Positions 45,089 to 54,669 are shown, counted from the first letter of the stretch. The stretch: DNA of 64,000 nucleotides from Candidatus Solibacter sp. (GCA_035501655.1 DATJVU010000033.1:298770-362769); one strand, 5' to 3'. Notes: generated from the sequence alone by a model not told the origin. Program-made: numbers and translations.

Positions 45089-46165
45089 CTATGGCACGCT
45101 CTCCTCTGCTTCCTCGGAGCGCGCGCTCTCGTTGCCTCGCGCATCCACCGCCGACACCGAATAAAAATAATGCTTGCCCGAAAGAACCGCCGCGTCCCGA
45201 TACGCCAGAGTCTTTATCAACTCTGCATTCAACTTCGTGGCCGGGCCGCCTTCTTCACGCCGATACACGTTGTACCCGGCCAGATCCACATCCGCCACCG
45301 GAGCCCAGATCAAATCCACAAACGCTTTCTGCCCCGGTCCCGAGAACACGGCCTGCAATCCCGACGGCACCGCCGGAGGAAATATGTCCTCGGCGAAGAC
45401 CTCGATCTCGTTTGAATCGTCCCCCGCGATCTGCTCGTCGCCGCCGGTCCGCGCGATCAGCGAATCGATCTCAACCCGGTACTCGTACGCCTTCTCCCAT
45501 TCCAGGCCGGAATCGGTAAGAGAAACATCGCCCTCGCCCGTCACCGGCAACTCTCCGGCCAGAGTCCAGTCCTTTCCGTCCTGCAGCCGCCGGTACACAC
45601 GATAAACGTAGCGCACGGATTCGCGCGCCGGTGCACTGGCGCCAGCCCAATTCAGCACCACGCCGCGGCTTGTTACCTTTGCGCGAAAATCCTGAGGCGG
45701 AGGCAGGGTTCGCATTAAAGGAACGCGCACCTGATTGGAGAGACCGGCGCTGCGGCCATTCGCGTTCTTGACTTCGACGGCGTAGCTTGCGAACGCGGAG
45801 GGGGCGTCGGTCTCTAGCGTGCGGGGTAGGGTGTCGACGTAGGAGGCAGAAATTTTCTTCGCCGCCGCATCGCCATTGATCTTCACCGGAGGCGCATCGC
45901 CGACGCCTGCTCCGCACTGCGTCAACTCCGCCTGATTGAGGCGACAGATGCGAGTTGCGCCGAAGCTGTGAGCGGTTTGGCGGTCTGTTGTCTTGGTGGG
46001 AACAGTCCAGGTGAGCGTGATGCGATCGCCTTTGCGCACTGCTCGCAAGTCTGCCGGGGGCTTTGGCAGTTCCAGCGACGGCGGCCGCGGAGGGCCAACC
46101 GTCGCGCACGCCGTGAAGAGGAGAGGCGCAATCAGCGCCGTGACCCTGCTGGTAGGCGATTTCAT
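45089..46165 (-). CDS. lipoprotein with fibronectin type III-like domains
   Basis: 358 aa. Lipobox LLFTACAT. LAGYNVYRREEGG...YFYSVSAVDARGNES is an Fn3-like pattern. Confidence 0.6.
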   Translation of the reverse strand: MKSPTSRVTALIAPLLFTACATVGPPRPPSLELPKPPADLRAVRKGDRITLTWTVPTKTTDRQTAHSFGATRICRLNQAELTQCGAGVGDAPPVKINGDAAAKKISASYVDTLPRTLETDAPSAFASYAVEVKNANGRSAGLSNQVRVPLMRTLPPPQDFRAKVTSRGVVLNWAGASAPARESVRYVYRVYRRLQDGKDWTLAGELPVTGEGDVSLTDSGLEWEKAYEYRVEIDSLIARTGGDEQIAGDDSNEIEVFAEDIFPPAVPSGLQAVFSGPGQKAFVDLIWAPVADVDLAGYNVYRREEGGPATKLNAELIKTLAYRDAAVLSGKHYFYSVSAVDARGNESARSEEAEESVP

Positions 46166-46240
46166 GCAGAAAAATCAGAGTATCAGAATGCTGGCGGAGG
46201 AGCCTCGCAACTGCATCGACGCCGCTTGCCGTCGTAAGGT

Positions 46241-46273
46241 CCTTCACCCGGCTGAGGCCGGGTTCAGGATGAC
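46241..46273 (-). repeat. GTCAT type-A-like repeat with a different hairpin (GTCATCCTGAAC + CCCGGCCTCAGCCGGG + TGAAGG on the minus strand)
   Basis: Same flanks as type A, but the stem sequence is replaced. Confidence 0.7.
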
Positions 46274-46303
46274 ATCGTTTTCGTTGACAGCCGCCGTGTC
46301 GGG

Positions 46304-47653
46304 CTAAGCGCAGAGTTCTTTGACTGCATCGCGAAACACTCTTGTGTGGCGGTCTACATCTTCATTCTCGGTTTGTGGCGACATTAGCGCCATGTTGTGA
46401 AACGGAGTCAGCAGAATTCCGCGGTTCATGGCATACAGGTGCATGAAACGCTCCAGCTCAAAATCCATCGCGTCGTGCGCCTGCTGGCCGTTCACCGGTT
46501 CAGGTCCGAACATGTATTCGGCGCGGCATCCCAGGCGCGTCACATGCCAGGGTAATTCCGCTTCCGCGATTGCCTGCGCTACTCCGGCGGTCCAGCGCTC
46601 CGCCATCGGGATCATGCGGTCGAACGCCTCTTTCGTCAGCACCTTGGACAAAGTCGCGCGCATCGCTGCCAGTGAGAGCGCATTTCCCGCCAGCGTTCCG
46701 CCAATGCCGCCGACGTCGCAGTTCTCTAGCTCTTGCTTCGCTGCGATGCGGTCGGCTACTTCTTGCGAGAAACCATATGCGGCTCCGGGGATTCCTGCGC
46801 CGATGGCTTTGCCGAAGACGATGACGTCGGCCTCAAGACTTTCTGCACGTGTGAATCCGCCGGGACCAGCGCAGATGGTGTGCGTCTCGTCGATGATGAG
46901 CAGTGTTCCACGCTCGCGCGTGATTTCGCGTAGCGCTTTGTGATATCCCGGCTGCGGGTGGACGATCCCTACGTTGGTCATCGCGGGCTCGGCCAGGACG
47001 CAGGCCACGTCGCCCGAGACGAGTGCCGCTTCCAGCGCGTCAAGGTCGTTGAACTCGACGACCTTCGTCGTCTGCGCCGGATTCACCGGCGGTCCAATAT
47101 TTCCCGGCCGGGGCCCGGCGCCATCCGGACCGATTGTGATGAACGTCTCATCCACCGTGCCGTGATAGCACCAGTTGAAGACCAGAATCTTCGGCCGTCC
47201 GGTTATTTGCCGCGCCAGCCGGATCGAGAAGCGATTCGCGTCCGTTGCCGTCAGAGCGAATTGCCAGTATGGCAGATTGAACCGCGTCTGCAATTCTTCG
47301 GCGACTACGATGGCGTCTTCTCCGGGCAGCATGAGCGTGATGCCGCGCCGCGACTGCTCCTCCACTGCTTTGACGGTGGCGAACGGGGAGTGGCCCGTCA
47401 TTGCTCCGGTGTCGCCGAGACAGAAATCGATGTAGCGGATGCCGTCGACGTCGAAAAAGTGCGCGCCTTGCGCCTCGCGCACGAATGGAGGGAATGCCCC
47501 GGCCCACTTCACCATCCAGTTCATGGGGACGCCCGCCAGCAGGGACTTCCGGGCGCGGTGGAACAGCGCCTTCGACTTCGGCCGCTCGTCGATGAACTTC
47601 TTCTGCTCGCGCTGCATGAGCGACTGCAGGCGGGAGCGATCGATGGATTTCAT
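46304..47653 (-). CDS. class-III (HemL-like) aminotransferase
   Basis: ORF 46304..47761 trimmed to ATG 47653. LIIDETHT, FGKAIGAGIP. Second GSA-aminomutase-like gene in the window. Confidence 0.85.
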   Translation of the reverse strand: MKSIDRSRLQSLMQREQKKFIDERPKSKALFHRARKSLLAGVPMNWMVKWAGAFPPFVREAQGAHFFDVDGIRYIDFCLGDTGAMTGHSPFATVKAVEEQSRRGITLMLPGEDAIVVAEELQTRFNLPYWQFALTATDANRFSIRLARQITGRPKILVFNWCYHGTVDETFITIGPDGAGPRPGNIGPPVNPAQTTKVVEFNDLDALEAALVSGDVACVLAEPAMTNVGIVHPQPGYHKALREITRERGTLLIIDETHTICAGPGGFTRAESLEADVIVFGKAIGAGIPGAAYGFSQEVADRIAAKQELENCDVGGIGGTLAGNALSLAAMRATLSKVLTKEAFDRMIPMAERWTAGVAQAIAEAELPWHVTRLGCRAEYMFGPEPVNGQQAHDAMDFELERFMHLYAMNRGILLTPFHNMALMSPQTENEDVDRHTRVFRDAVKELCA

Positions 47654-47678
47654 AAGCACGCAGGTTATCAGAGAACCG

Positions 47679-48234
47679 TGTGGTGGCGGGCGACTCGCCC
47701 GCGCAGTCAAGCAGCAGCAACCAACGCAGCGTCCCACCAAAGCCAGCGACATAAGTCCCAACGGTCAGCCAGTCGGGCCCGCACCGGATTCTGCAAAATG
47801 TAATCGACTTTCCCTCGCAAGCACTCGCATCCGCGCAGCACATGATCAAATGACTCGTCCTGCCAGACACGGCCGGTGCGTCCGAGAGCTTCGTTAATGC
47901 GATGCGCCGATTCGCTCTTGATGGTTCGAGTGATCTCGGGAATCGAGATCAGGCCTTTCGCGTCGCTAAGAGGGAGACAAATCAAGTGCACGTGATCGGG
48001 CATGACCACGGCCGCGTATAGGGTGTATTTGCGCCCGTTGGCCCTGAGGCAGGATTCTAAGGCCAGGGTTCGGGCGACGTCTGGCAGATGCCACCTTTGC
48101 CAAGTTGAATATGTGATGAATAGAGATCGATTTTCTTTTTGATAGTGCGGAAGATAGCGGCGGTAGTGATACTTTCTCTGCACTCAAAGCAGAGTAGCAC
48201 CGAAAGGCGCGCGGGCGAGTCGCCCGCGCCCACA
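47679..48234 (-). mobile_element. RAYT unit: REP-associated tyrosine transposase gene flanked by inverted REP hairpins
   Basis: GCGCGGGCGAGTCGCCCGC occurs on the plus strand at 48209-48227 and on the minus strand at 47686-47704, bracketing the gene. Confidence 0.8.
47707..48183 (-). CDS. REP-associated tyrosine transposase (IS200/IS605 Y1-like, RAYT)
   Basis: 158 aa. YRRYLPHY, HUH motif PDHVHLICLP, WQDESFDHVLR, catalytic-Tyr region VDYILQNPVRARLA. GTG start. Confidence 0.85.
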   Translation of the reverse strand: MQRKYHYRRYLPHYQKENRSLFITYSTWQRWHLPDVARTLALESCLRANGRKYTLYAAVVMPDHVHLICLPLSDAKGLISIPEITRTIKSESAHRINEALGRTGRVWQDESFDHVLRGCECLRGKVDYILQNPVRARLADRWDLCRWLWWDAALVAAA

Positions 48235-48268
48235 AGGTTCAGCTTGGTTTCCAAAGTGGGAAATTGCT

Positions 48269-49696
48269 CTACAGGATGTACCGGCTCAGATCCTGGTCCT
48301 TCACGATATCCGTCAGCATCTTGCGCACGTAATCCGCGTCCACGGTGACGGCCTGCCCCTTTTTTTCGGGCGCATCAAAGCTCAATTCGTCGAGGACGCG
48401 CTCCATGATCGTGTGGAGGCGGCGCGCGCCGATGTTCTCGGTGCTTTCGTTCACGCGAAAGGCGAAGTGCGCAATCTCATCCAGCGCCTCCGTCGTGAAT
48501 TCAAGTTTCACGCCTTCGGTTTCGAGCAGCGCCGTGTACTGCTTCACCAGCGATGACTTCGGCTCGGTGAGGATGCGGACAAAATCTTCCATCGTCAGCG
48601 ATTGCAACTCGACGCGAATCGGGAATCGCCCTTGCAGTTCCGGAATCAGATCGCTCGGCTTGGAGACGTGAAACGCGCCTGCGGCGACAAACAAGATATG
48701 ATCGGTGCGGACCATGCCGTAGCGCGTGTTGACCGTTGTCCCTTCCACGATCGGCAGAATGTCGCGCTGCACGCCTTCGCGCGAAACATCCGGACCATGG
48801 CCGCCTTCGCGCCCGGCGATCTTGTCGATCTCGTCGAGAAACACGATCCCTGAATTTTCCACGCGCTCAATCGCGACGCGGGTAACCTGATCCATATCGA
48901 TCAGCCGCTGCTCTTCTTCCTGGATCAGATATTCGAAGGCCTCGCTCACTTTCATCTTCCGCTTCTTGGTGCGCTGCCCGAAGATGTTCGGCAACATGTC
49001 TTTGATGTTGACGTCCATCTCCTCAACGCCCTGATTGGTGAGAATTTCGAATGAGGGGAAGTTCTTCTCGCGCACATCGATCTCGACGGTCCGATCGTCC
49101 AGCTTGCCTTCGCGTAACTGCTGACGCAGCTTCTCGCGCGTGCGGTTGGAAGAAGAAGACGATTCTGCCAGCGCCGTTCCGCCGTCGATCACCACTCCGC
49201 CTGCGGTTGCAGCCGGATCGGGACGCGGCGGAGGCGACGGAGGCAGCAAAATATCGAGTAGGCGCTCTTCGGCATTTAACTCAGCCTTGTCGGCCACGTC
49301 TTCCAGCTTTTCCTCGCGCACATTGTCGATGGCGATCTCCACCAGATCGCGCACCATCGACTCGACGTCGCGCCCCACGTATCCGACCTCGGTAAACTTC
49401 GACGCCTCGACTTTTAAGAACGGAGAATTCGCCAGCTTCGCCAGCCGGCGCGCTATTTCGGTTTTGCCCACACCCGTGGGCCCGATCATGATGATGTTCT
49501 TGGGGATGATTTCTTCGGCGAGATCGGGCGCCAGCTTCTGCCGCCGCATGCGATTGCGGAGAGCGATCGCTACCGCGCGCTTGGCGTCTTTTTGTCCAAT
49601 GACGTGCTTGTCCAGCTCGGCAACGATTTCGCGCGGAGTCAGTTCGTCCAGCGCGAGCTGTTCTTCTTCGGCGGTAGAGGGCAGATAGATAGCCAT
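48269..49696 (-). CDS. hslU: ATP-dependent protease ATPase subunit HslU
   Basis: 475 aa. [17 protein letters not shown], Walker [26 protein letters not shown]. Confidence 0.97.
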   Translation of the reverse strand: MAIYLPSTAEEEQLALDELTPREIVAELDKHVIGQKDAKRAVAIALRNRMRRQKLAPDLAEEIIPKNIIMIGPTGVGKTEIARRLAKLANSPFLKVEASKFTEVGYVGRDVESMVRDLVEIAIDNVREEKLEDVADKAELNAEERLLDILLPPSPPPRPDPAATAGGVVIDGGTALAESSSSSNRTREKLRQQLREGKLDDRTVEIDVREKNFPSFEILTNQGVEEMDVNIKDMLPNIFGQRTKKRKMKVSEAFEYLIQEEEQRLIDMDQVTRVAIERVENSGIVFLDEIDKIAGREGGHGPDVSREGVQRDILPIVEGTTVNTRYGMVRTDHILFVAAGAFHVSKPSDLIPELQGRFPIRVELQSLTMEDFVRILTEPKSSLVKQYTALLETEGVKLEFTTEALDEIAHFAFRVNESTENIGARRLHTIMERVLDELSFDAPEKKGQAVTVDADYVRKMLTDIVKDQDLSRYIL

Positions 49697-49703
49697 AGAA
49701 ATT

Positions 49704-49789
49704 CAGTGGTCAGTGGCCGGTGGTCAGTGGTCAGTCATCAGCTCGGAAGTTCGTTGCTGACCACTGATCACTGGCCACCAGCCACTCAC
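49704..49789. repeat. about 86-bp imperfect palindrome of CAGTGGTCAGTGG-type repeats between hslV and hslU
   Basis: Left CAGTGGTCAGTGGCCGGTGGTCAGTGGTCAG, right CTGACCACTGATCACTGGCCACCAGCCACTCAC. Related motifs at 6194-6222 and 29205-29228. Confidence 0.75.
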
Positions 49790-50334
49790 AGTTCTTCGAT
49801 CGTCACCTGATCATTGGTATAGATGCACATTTTGCCAGCGATCTTCATGGCTTCTTGGGCAATTTGTCGGGCGCTCAGTTCGGTGTGCTCCGCCAAAGCC
49901 TGCGCTGCTGCTTGTGCATAGGGCCCGCCGCTGCCAATCGCCGCCACTGCCCCGTCAGGTTCGATCACGTCTCCTTGGCCGCTGAGCAGAAACGTCTGCT
50001 CCCGGTCGCAGACCAGCAAGAGCGCCTCGAGATGGCGCAAAAACTTGTCCGTCCGCCAGTCGCGCGCCAGTTCAACCGCCCCGCGCCCCAGATTCCCGTG
50101 ATACTGCTCCAGCTTTGCCTCGAACCGGCTGAATAATGTGAACGCGTCCGCCGTCGACCCGGCAAATCCGGCGATGATCTTTTCGTTGTAGAGGCGACGA
50201 ACCTTCTTCGCCGAGTGCTTGATTACCGACTCGCCCAGGGTAACTTGCCCATCGCCTGCCAAAACGACGTTTCCGCCGCGCCGCACCGACAAAACCGTTG
50301 TCGAACGTATCAGTCTCTTCGTAGTCATGAGCAC
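49786..50334 (-). CDS. hslV: ATP-dependent protease subunit HslV
   Basis: 182 aa. [22 protein letters not shown]-terminal Thr protease signature. Confidence 0.97.
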   Translation of the reverse strand: MLMTTKRLIRSTTVLSVRRGGNVVLAGDGQVTLGESVIKHSAKKVRRLYNEKIIAGFAGSTADAFTLFSRFEAKLEQYHGNLGRGAVELARDWRTDKFLRHLEALLLVCDREQTFLLSGQGDVIEPDGAVAAIGSGGPYAQAAAQALAEHTELSARQIAQEAMKIAGKMCIYTNDQVTIEEL

Positions 50335-50437
50335 AATTTTTGATTATAGCAGCGGGTTGGGAGGCGCTCATGCCGCCGACGAGCGGCAAAATGCAATGAA
50401 CACGAGCGCTGCTCGTCTGTCGGGCCACGTTTCTTCC

Positions 50438-50524
50438 GCCCCTACGGGGCTTGATTGCATTTTTCGCCTGACCCACGGCTTGCGCCGTGGGCTGCATTCT
50501 TTTGCCGCTCCGCGGCTGGGCTGG
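50438..50524 (+). repeat. double-hairpin repeat, second copy
   Basis: Approximate reverse complement of 18998-19080. Confidence 0.8.
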
Positions 50525-50527
50525 CCC

Positions 50528-50761
50528 TTATAGCTCACGACGGCGTTTTCGTCCGTCGTCAGCTACGCGGTTGATGGACGCGTTGATCTCCTTGCGTAGC
50601 CGTCGAATCTCCGCGGTGGTCATCTTTTTGGCAGCAGAGTTTGCCAATTGGTCCATGCTGTCCAAGAGCGTCTCGAGCGACGATTTGGCGCAGTGAGATT
50701 TTTTGAACTGCTCCGTCATTTTGAAATCCGCAAAGCTGATCGGCAAAGAGCCCTGCCTCAC
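50528..50761 (-). CDS. hypothetical small protein
   Basis: 77 aa ORF (GTG), or 63 aa from ATG 50719. Codon pattern looks coding-like. No family recognised. Confidence 0.4.
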   Translation of the reverse strand: MRQGSLPISFADFKMTEQFKKSHCAKSSLETLLDSMDQLANSAAKKMTTAEIRRLRKEINASINRVADDGRKRRREL

Positions 50762-50871
50762 TTCGCTTTCTTAGACAAGCATTTTCAATGAGTTGCCGGT
50801 CTGCGCAGTAACCACTTTCCCGATTACTGGTGTGACTTTACCCGCCTCTAATCAACCCGTAATTTGGGCTC

Positions 50872-51609
50872 ATGCACCGTTCTGCTGCGGTGGTATGTCA
50901 CGACAAATCGTCGCTTAAAGCTCTGGGAAGCGCTCTGGAATCGCTCGGAATCGAGCTCACCGCCTGCACCTCCGGCCGTGAGGCGCTTGAAATGGTTGTT
51001 TCCGGCGAGTGCGGCACACTGATCGTCGATTTCGACCTTCCCGGCGCCGAAGAGGTCATCCGCATGGCCGCGCTCTTGCCGCCGACGCAGAAGCCCGCAC
51101 TGCTCGCCGTTGCGAGCCGTGTGTGGCCGGGCACAGGACAAGCATTTCAGTCGGGCGCCAGCCGCATTCTCTATCGCCCGCTCGATGCCGACCAACTCAA
51201 GGACGCGCTCAAGTCCAGCGCGAAACGCGCGCACAAAACCAAGCGCAAGTCGGCGCGCTATGAGATGAAGACGCTGGTCTATCTTGAGCACGACAGCGTG
51301 ACCACCCCCGGCATCAGCATCGACATCGGTGAGCACGGTATGGCCGTGCAGGCCACCGAGCCTATCCCCGTGACCTCGAACCTCCCATTCCGTTGCGTGC
51401 TGCCCGGCACCGACTTTACTTTGCAGGGCCACGCCGATGTGATCTGGGCGAGCGACCAGGGGCGTGCCGGACTGTTTTTCTCCAAGCTCACGGCTGCCTC
51501 GAAAAAGCATCTGAAAACCTGGCTCCACAAGCGCAGCCATCACAAAGACGGCGCTCACGAACTGATTCCCCCCACCGACGTCGAAGTTCACTACGCCGCC
51601 ACGGAATAG
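50872..51609 (+). CDS. response-regulator receiver domain fused to a PilZ domain
   Basis: 245 aa. REC-like LIVDFDLPG. PilZ motifs RKSAR and DIGEHG (RxxxR ... DxSxxG-type). Confidence 0.7.
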   Translation: MHRSAAVVCHDKSSLKALGSALESLGIELTACTSGREALEMVVSGECGTLIVDFDLPGAEEVIRMAALLPPTQKPALLAVASRVWPGTGQAFQSGASRILYRPLDADQLKDALKSSAKRAHKTKRKSARYEMKTLVYLEHDSVTTPGISIDIGEHGMAVQATEPIPVTSNLPFRCVLPGTDFTLQGHADVIWASDQGRAGLFFSKLTAASKKHLKTWLHKRSHHKDGAHELIPPTDVEVHYAATE

Positions 51610-51683
51610 GCGAAGCTCGCAATAAGTCGCAAAAAATCTCCGAGGCCCGTGATAGCTCATCTTGCCCCGGTCGCGTCTTTTGG

Positions 51684-52097
51684 TCAGGCGGCGGTCGGCT
51701 TGCGGAGGGCACGCGAGACGACGGTTCCGAGCGTAAGAAGCGACATCAGTGAGATGAGGCCTAGGGAGATCACGCAGTAGATGCACCAGACGCCAAGAAT
51801 ATCCTTCTCGATGTGTGCGAGGTAGAGGGAAAAGGCGAATCCCGCGAAGGTTGGGATAATCAGCAGGCGGTAGGAGCGGAAGAAGGCCAGTCCGGCCATA
51901 AGGATGTAGCCGATGATGCCGACCGCGGCCACCGGGATGGGCCCCAGCATGGCGAAAGAGCTGTGGTTGACTACGCCACAATCCCAGTGCTCATTGATGC
52001 TGCACGGGGAGTCTCCGTACTCGCGGTAGTGCTCGCGAAGGGCCAGCGATGAGACGGTGATGCCTAGGATGGAAAGAATCAGGAGGATGTATTTCAT
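51684..52097 (-). CDS. vitamin K epoxide reductase (VKOR) family membrane protein
   Basis: 137 aa, 4 TM. Loop cysteines CSINEHWDC and CxxC (CIYC). Confidence 0.8.
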   Translation of the reverse strand: MKYILLILSILGITVSSLALREHYREYGDSPCSINEHWDCGVVNHSSFAMLGPIPVAAVGIIGYILMAGLAFFRSYRLLIIPTFAGFAFSLYLAHIEKDILGVWCIYCVISLGLISLMSLLTLGTVVSRALRKPTAA

Positions 52098-52315
52098 CGG
52101 GTCTTACTCCACAGGATTCGTAAAGGTGCAGGAAGCCGCCTAGCTTGGGCCGACAAAGGACTGGCCCACCATAAGAATTGTATCCTCAACCTATCCCGAA
52201 GAGGGGCAACGGTTTAGCCGAGGAATGCTTTGCCGCTCGGCGGGCTGCGCGTTCCTTGCCGAATCCGAAGGTGATCCAGTAGAATCAAATATTCGGAATC
52301 GAGGTTGGAACGTAC

Positions 52316-52534
52316 ATGAAAGCAGCAATTCATCCGGCATACAACGAAGTGCGCGTACATTGCGCCTGCGGCAACACATTTATGACCCGGTCGACTCACA
52401 AGGGCGACATCGGCGTGGAAATCTGCTCGAATTGCCATCCGTTTTTCACGGGCAAGCAGAAGCTGCTGGATACGGCCGGCCGCGTCGAGCGCTTCCGGCG
52501 TAAATACGCCAAGGCCGAAACGGCGAAGAAGTAA
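52316..52534 (+). CDS. rpmE: 50S ribosomal protein L31 (Cys-containing form)
   Basis: [22 protein letters not shown]...[13 protein letters not shown]. Confidence 0.95.
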   Translation: MKAAIHPAYNEVRVHCACGNTFMTRSTHKGDIGVEICSNCHPFFTGKQKLLDTAGRVERFRRKYAKAETAKK

Positions 52535-52583
52535 CTTCTTTTCCGCGGATCGCGCGGATGAACGCGGATTACGACAGGAACTC

Positions 52584-52612
52584 AGCCCTCGCCCCGGCGA
52601 GGGCTTTGGTTT
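52584..52612 (+). terminator. intrinsic terminator after rpmE
   Basis: AGCCCTCGCC-CCGG-CGAGGGCT followed by TTGGTTT. Confidence 0.7.
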
Positions 52613-52646
52613 GCTAGCTCGAATAAAATGGGTTGGGGAACGAAGG

Positions 52647-53861
52647 ATGCGGAAGTTCTGGGACAATTCGAGCGGCGGAGTGGGGCGTGCAGACGAGACG
52701 TCCACCGCTCCACGTCTTGTTCCCGCGACGCTGCAGATCGGCGGTGTGACTATCTCGCCCGCGACCGTGCTCGCGCCTATGGCCGGCGTCACCGACACGG
52801 TCTTTCGCCGCTTCATCCGCAACCTGGGTGGATGCGGGCTGATCATGACCGAGTTCACCTCGGCCGATGGCGTCCTGCGCAAAAAAGACCAGAAGGCGAA
52901 GCGCTACCTGCATTTCTATGAGGACGAGCATCCGATCTCGGCTCAACTCTTCGGCAGCGATCCCTTTGTGATGGCGGAAGCCGCGCGGATGGTCGAGGGA
53001 CTCGGCTTCGATCTTGTCGACCTGAATCTCGGGTGTCCTGCGAAAAAAGTGGTGAAGTGCAATGGAGGCTCAGGCCTGCTGCGCGACCTGCCGGCGATCG
53101 GAAAGATCTTCGAGTCAGTGCGGGCAGCGGTAAAGATTCCGTTTACGGTCAAGTTCCGCGCGGGCTGGAGCGATAGCGAAATTGTCTGCGTGGAATTGGC
53201 GCGCATGGCCGAATCCTGCGGACTGGCTGCGGTGGCATTGCATGCGCGTACGCGCGAGCAAGGCTATAGCGGCGCTGCGCGGTGGGAATGGATCGCAGCC
53301 GTAAAAGATGCGGTGCAGATTCCGGTCATCGGCAACGGCGACATTCGCTCGCCGGAAGACGCTTGCGCTATGGTGACGCAGACCGGTTGCGATGCGGTGA
53401 TGATTGGGCGCATGGCGCCGTCGAATCCATGGATTTTTCGGCAGATTGAGCAGTATTGCTCGGGCATGGCCGCTGGACATGTAGGCACAGCCGCCCTCAG
53501 CTGTCCGGGCCGCACACCCGATTCGTTTCAGCCGAATGCCCTGCAGACATCGGGATCAGTCGAGCTTTGCTCGACCGGACAGCCGGGGGCGGCTGTCCCT
53601 ACATCAGAACCTTCCTACGATCATCCCTCCGAGTTCGATCGCTACGAGATGATCCGCACGTACTTCAAGATGCTGATTGAAGAAGAGTTGCCCGACGCGG
53701 TGGGCAAGATGAAGCAGTTCGCCTCGTGGTTTACCCATGGCGTGCCGGGCGGCGCCGGGTTGCGCAAAGAAATCTATGAATCGAAGAGTGCGCCCGAGAT
53801 TCTTTCGCGCGTGGAAGACTTCTTCGAGGCGCGCATCGGAGCACTCGCGTTGCAGCCGTAA
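52647..53861 (+). CDS. tRNA-dihydrouridine synthase (Dus family) carrying a 42-codon palindromic insertion
   Basis: ORF 52611..53861. LAPMAGVTD, DLNLGCPAKKV, HARTREQ and GNGDI motifs. ATG 52647. Confidence 0.9.
   Translation: MRKFWDNSSGGVGRADETSTAPRLVPATLQIGGVTISPATVLAPMAGVTDTVFRRFIRNLGGCGLIMTEFTSADGVLRKKDQKAKRYLHFYEDEHPISAQLFGSDPFVMAEAARMVEGLGFDLVDLNLGCPAKKVVKCNGGSGLLRDLPAIGKIFESVRAAVKIPFTVKFRAGWSDSEIVCVELARMAESCGLAAVALHARTREQGYSGAARWEWIAAVKDAVQIPVIGNGDIRSPEDACAMVTQTGCDAVMIGRMAPSNPWIFRQIEQYCSGMAAGHVGTAALSCPGRTPDSFQPNALQTSGSVELCSTGQPGAAVPTSEPSYDHPSEFDRYEMIRTYFKMLIEEELPDAVGKMKQFASWFTHGVPGGAGLRKEIYESKSAPEILSRVEDFFEARIGALALQP
53479..53604. repeat. 126-bp element with 30-bp terminal inverted repeats (27/30), in frame inside the Dus gene
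   Basis: ATGTAGGCACAGCCGCCCTCAGCTGTCCGG ... CCGGACAGCCGGGGGCGGCTGTCCCTACAT. The right arm contains the hairpin GGACAGCCG-GGGG-CGGCTGTCC. Confidence 0.75.
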
Positions 53862-54027
53862 TACCTCGATTCTTCGGTTATTTCTTTCCAACGCGCGTCA
53901 GGAAAGCGTACCATGCGAGCGCATACGGCGGATCGTCGCGCTCGGGGCGGCATATCACTAGGGTTTGGTTCCATCAAATGGCTGTAACGATCGCGGCGCG
54001 TCGCTCACCATCTTCACAGGAGGGTTT

Positions 54028-54669
54028 ATGCCACTGTTCGATGGGCTAACCCTGGGCGAGCTCGTGTTGCTGATCGGCGGCGCCCTTTTCTTTGTCGCAC
54101 TGCTGGCTGTGTTCCTGCGAAAGTCTTTCACCAACAAATCCGTGAAAGGGCTGCTGGCCTTCTTCGCCGTGCCGATCGTGATGATGGGCTTCCCGACGAT
54201 CTCATCATTCAAGATCAGCCAGGAAGGCGTGGAGATTGACAATCAGACAACCGCGCTGCAGAACAATCCGAATGATGAAGCGTCACGCAAGGCGCTCGAA
54301 ACGAACGTTGTGGAACTGAAGAAGAGATCGTTCAGCAATCCGCAGACGCTGGCCAAGCTGGCGCGGGCAGAGTATGCCCTTGGCCAGGAGCAGGAAGCAA
54401 AGAACGATGTAGCCCAGGCGCTGAAGAGCGATCCGTCGCTGCAGCCCGCGGTGGAATTGAAGACGAAGATCGAGTTGGCCGACAAGATTTCGGCATTGAA
54501 CGCGGCAGCCGAGAGTCCTGCAGCGACGCCGGAAGTGAAGCAACAATTGGGCACGGCGGTCGCGCAGGCGAGCCAGTACAAGTTCGCGAATCCGAAAGCG
54601 CTGCAATCGTTGCAGAAGGCGACGAAGATTCTGAAGCCGGAGCAGGTGGCGCAGGCGCCCAAGAACTAA
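54028..54669 (+). CDS. hypothetical membrane-anchored protein (2 TM + helical/TPR-like C-terminus)
   Basis: ORF 53965..54669. ATG 54028 is preceded by AGGAGGG. No family recognised. Confidence 0.55.
   Translation: MPLFDGLTLGELVLLIGGALFFVALLAVFLRKSFTNKSVKGLLAFFAVPIVMMGFPTISSFKISQEGVEIDNQTTALQNNPNDEASRKALETNVVELKKRSFSNPQTLAKLARAEYALGQEQEAKNDVAQALKSDPSLQPAVELKTKIELADKISALNAAAESPAATPEVKQQLGTAVAQASQYKFANPKALQSLQKATKILKPEQVAQAPKN

Noticed and set aside
52098-52315. Possible ribosomal-protein leader or riboswitch upstream of rpmE (short inverted repeat CCGAAT..ATTCGG).
   Set aside because: Only a weak 6-bp inverted repeat was seen and no known leader motif was recognised by eye. This cannot be supported without a covariance-model search.
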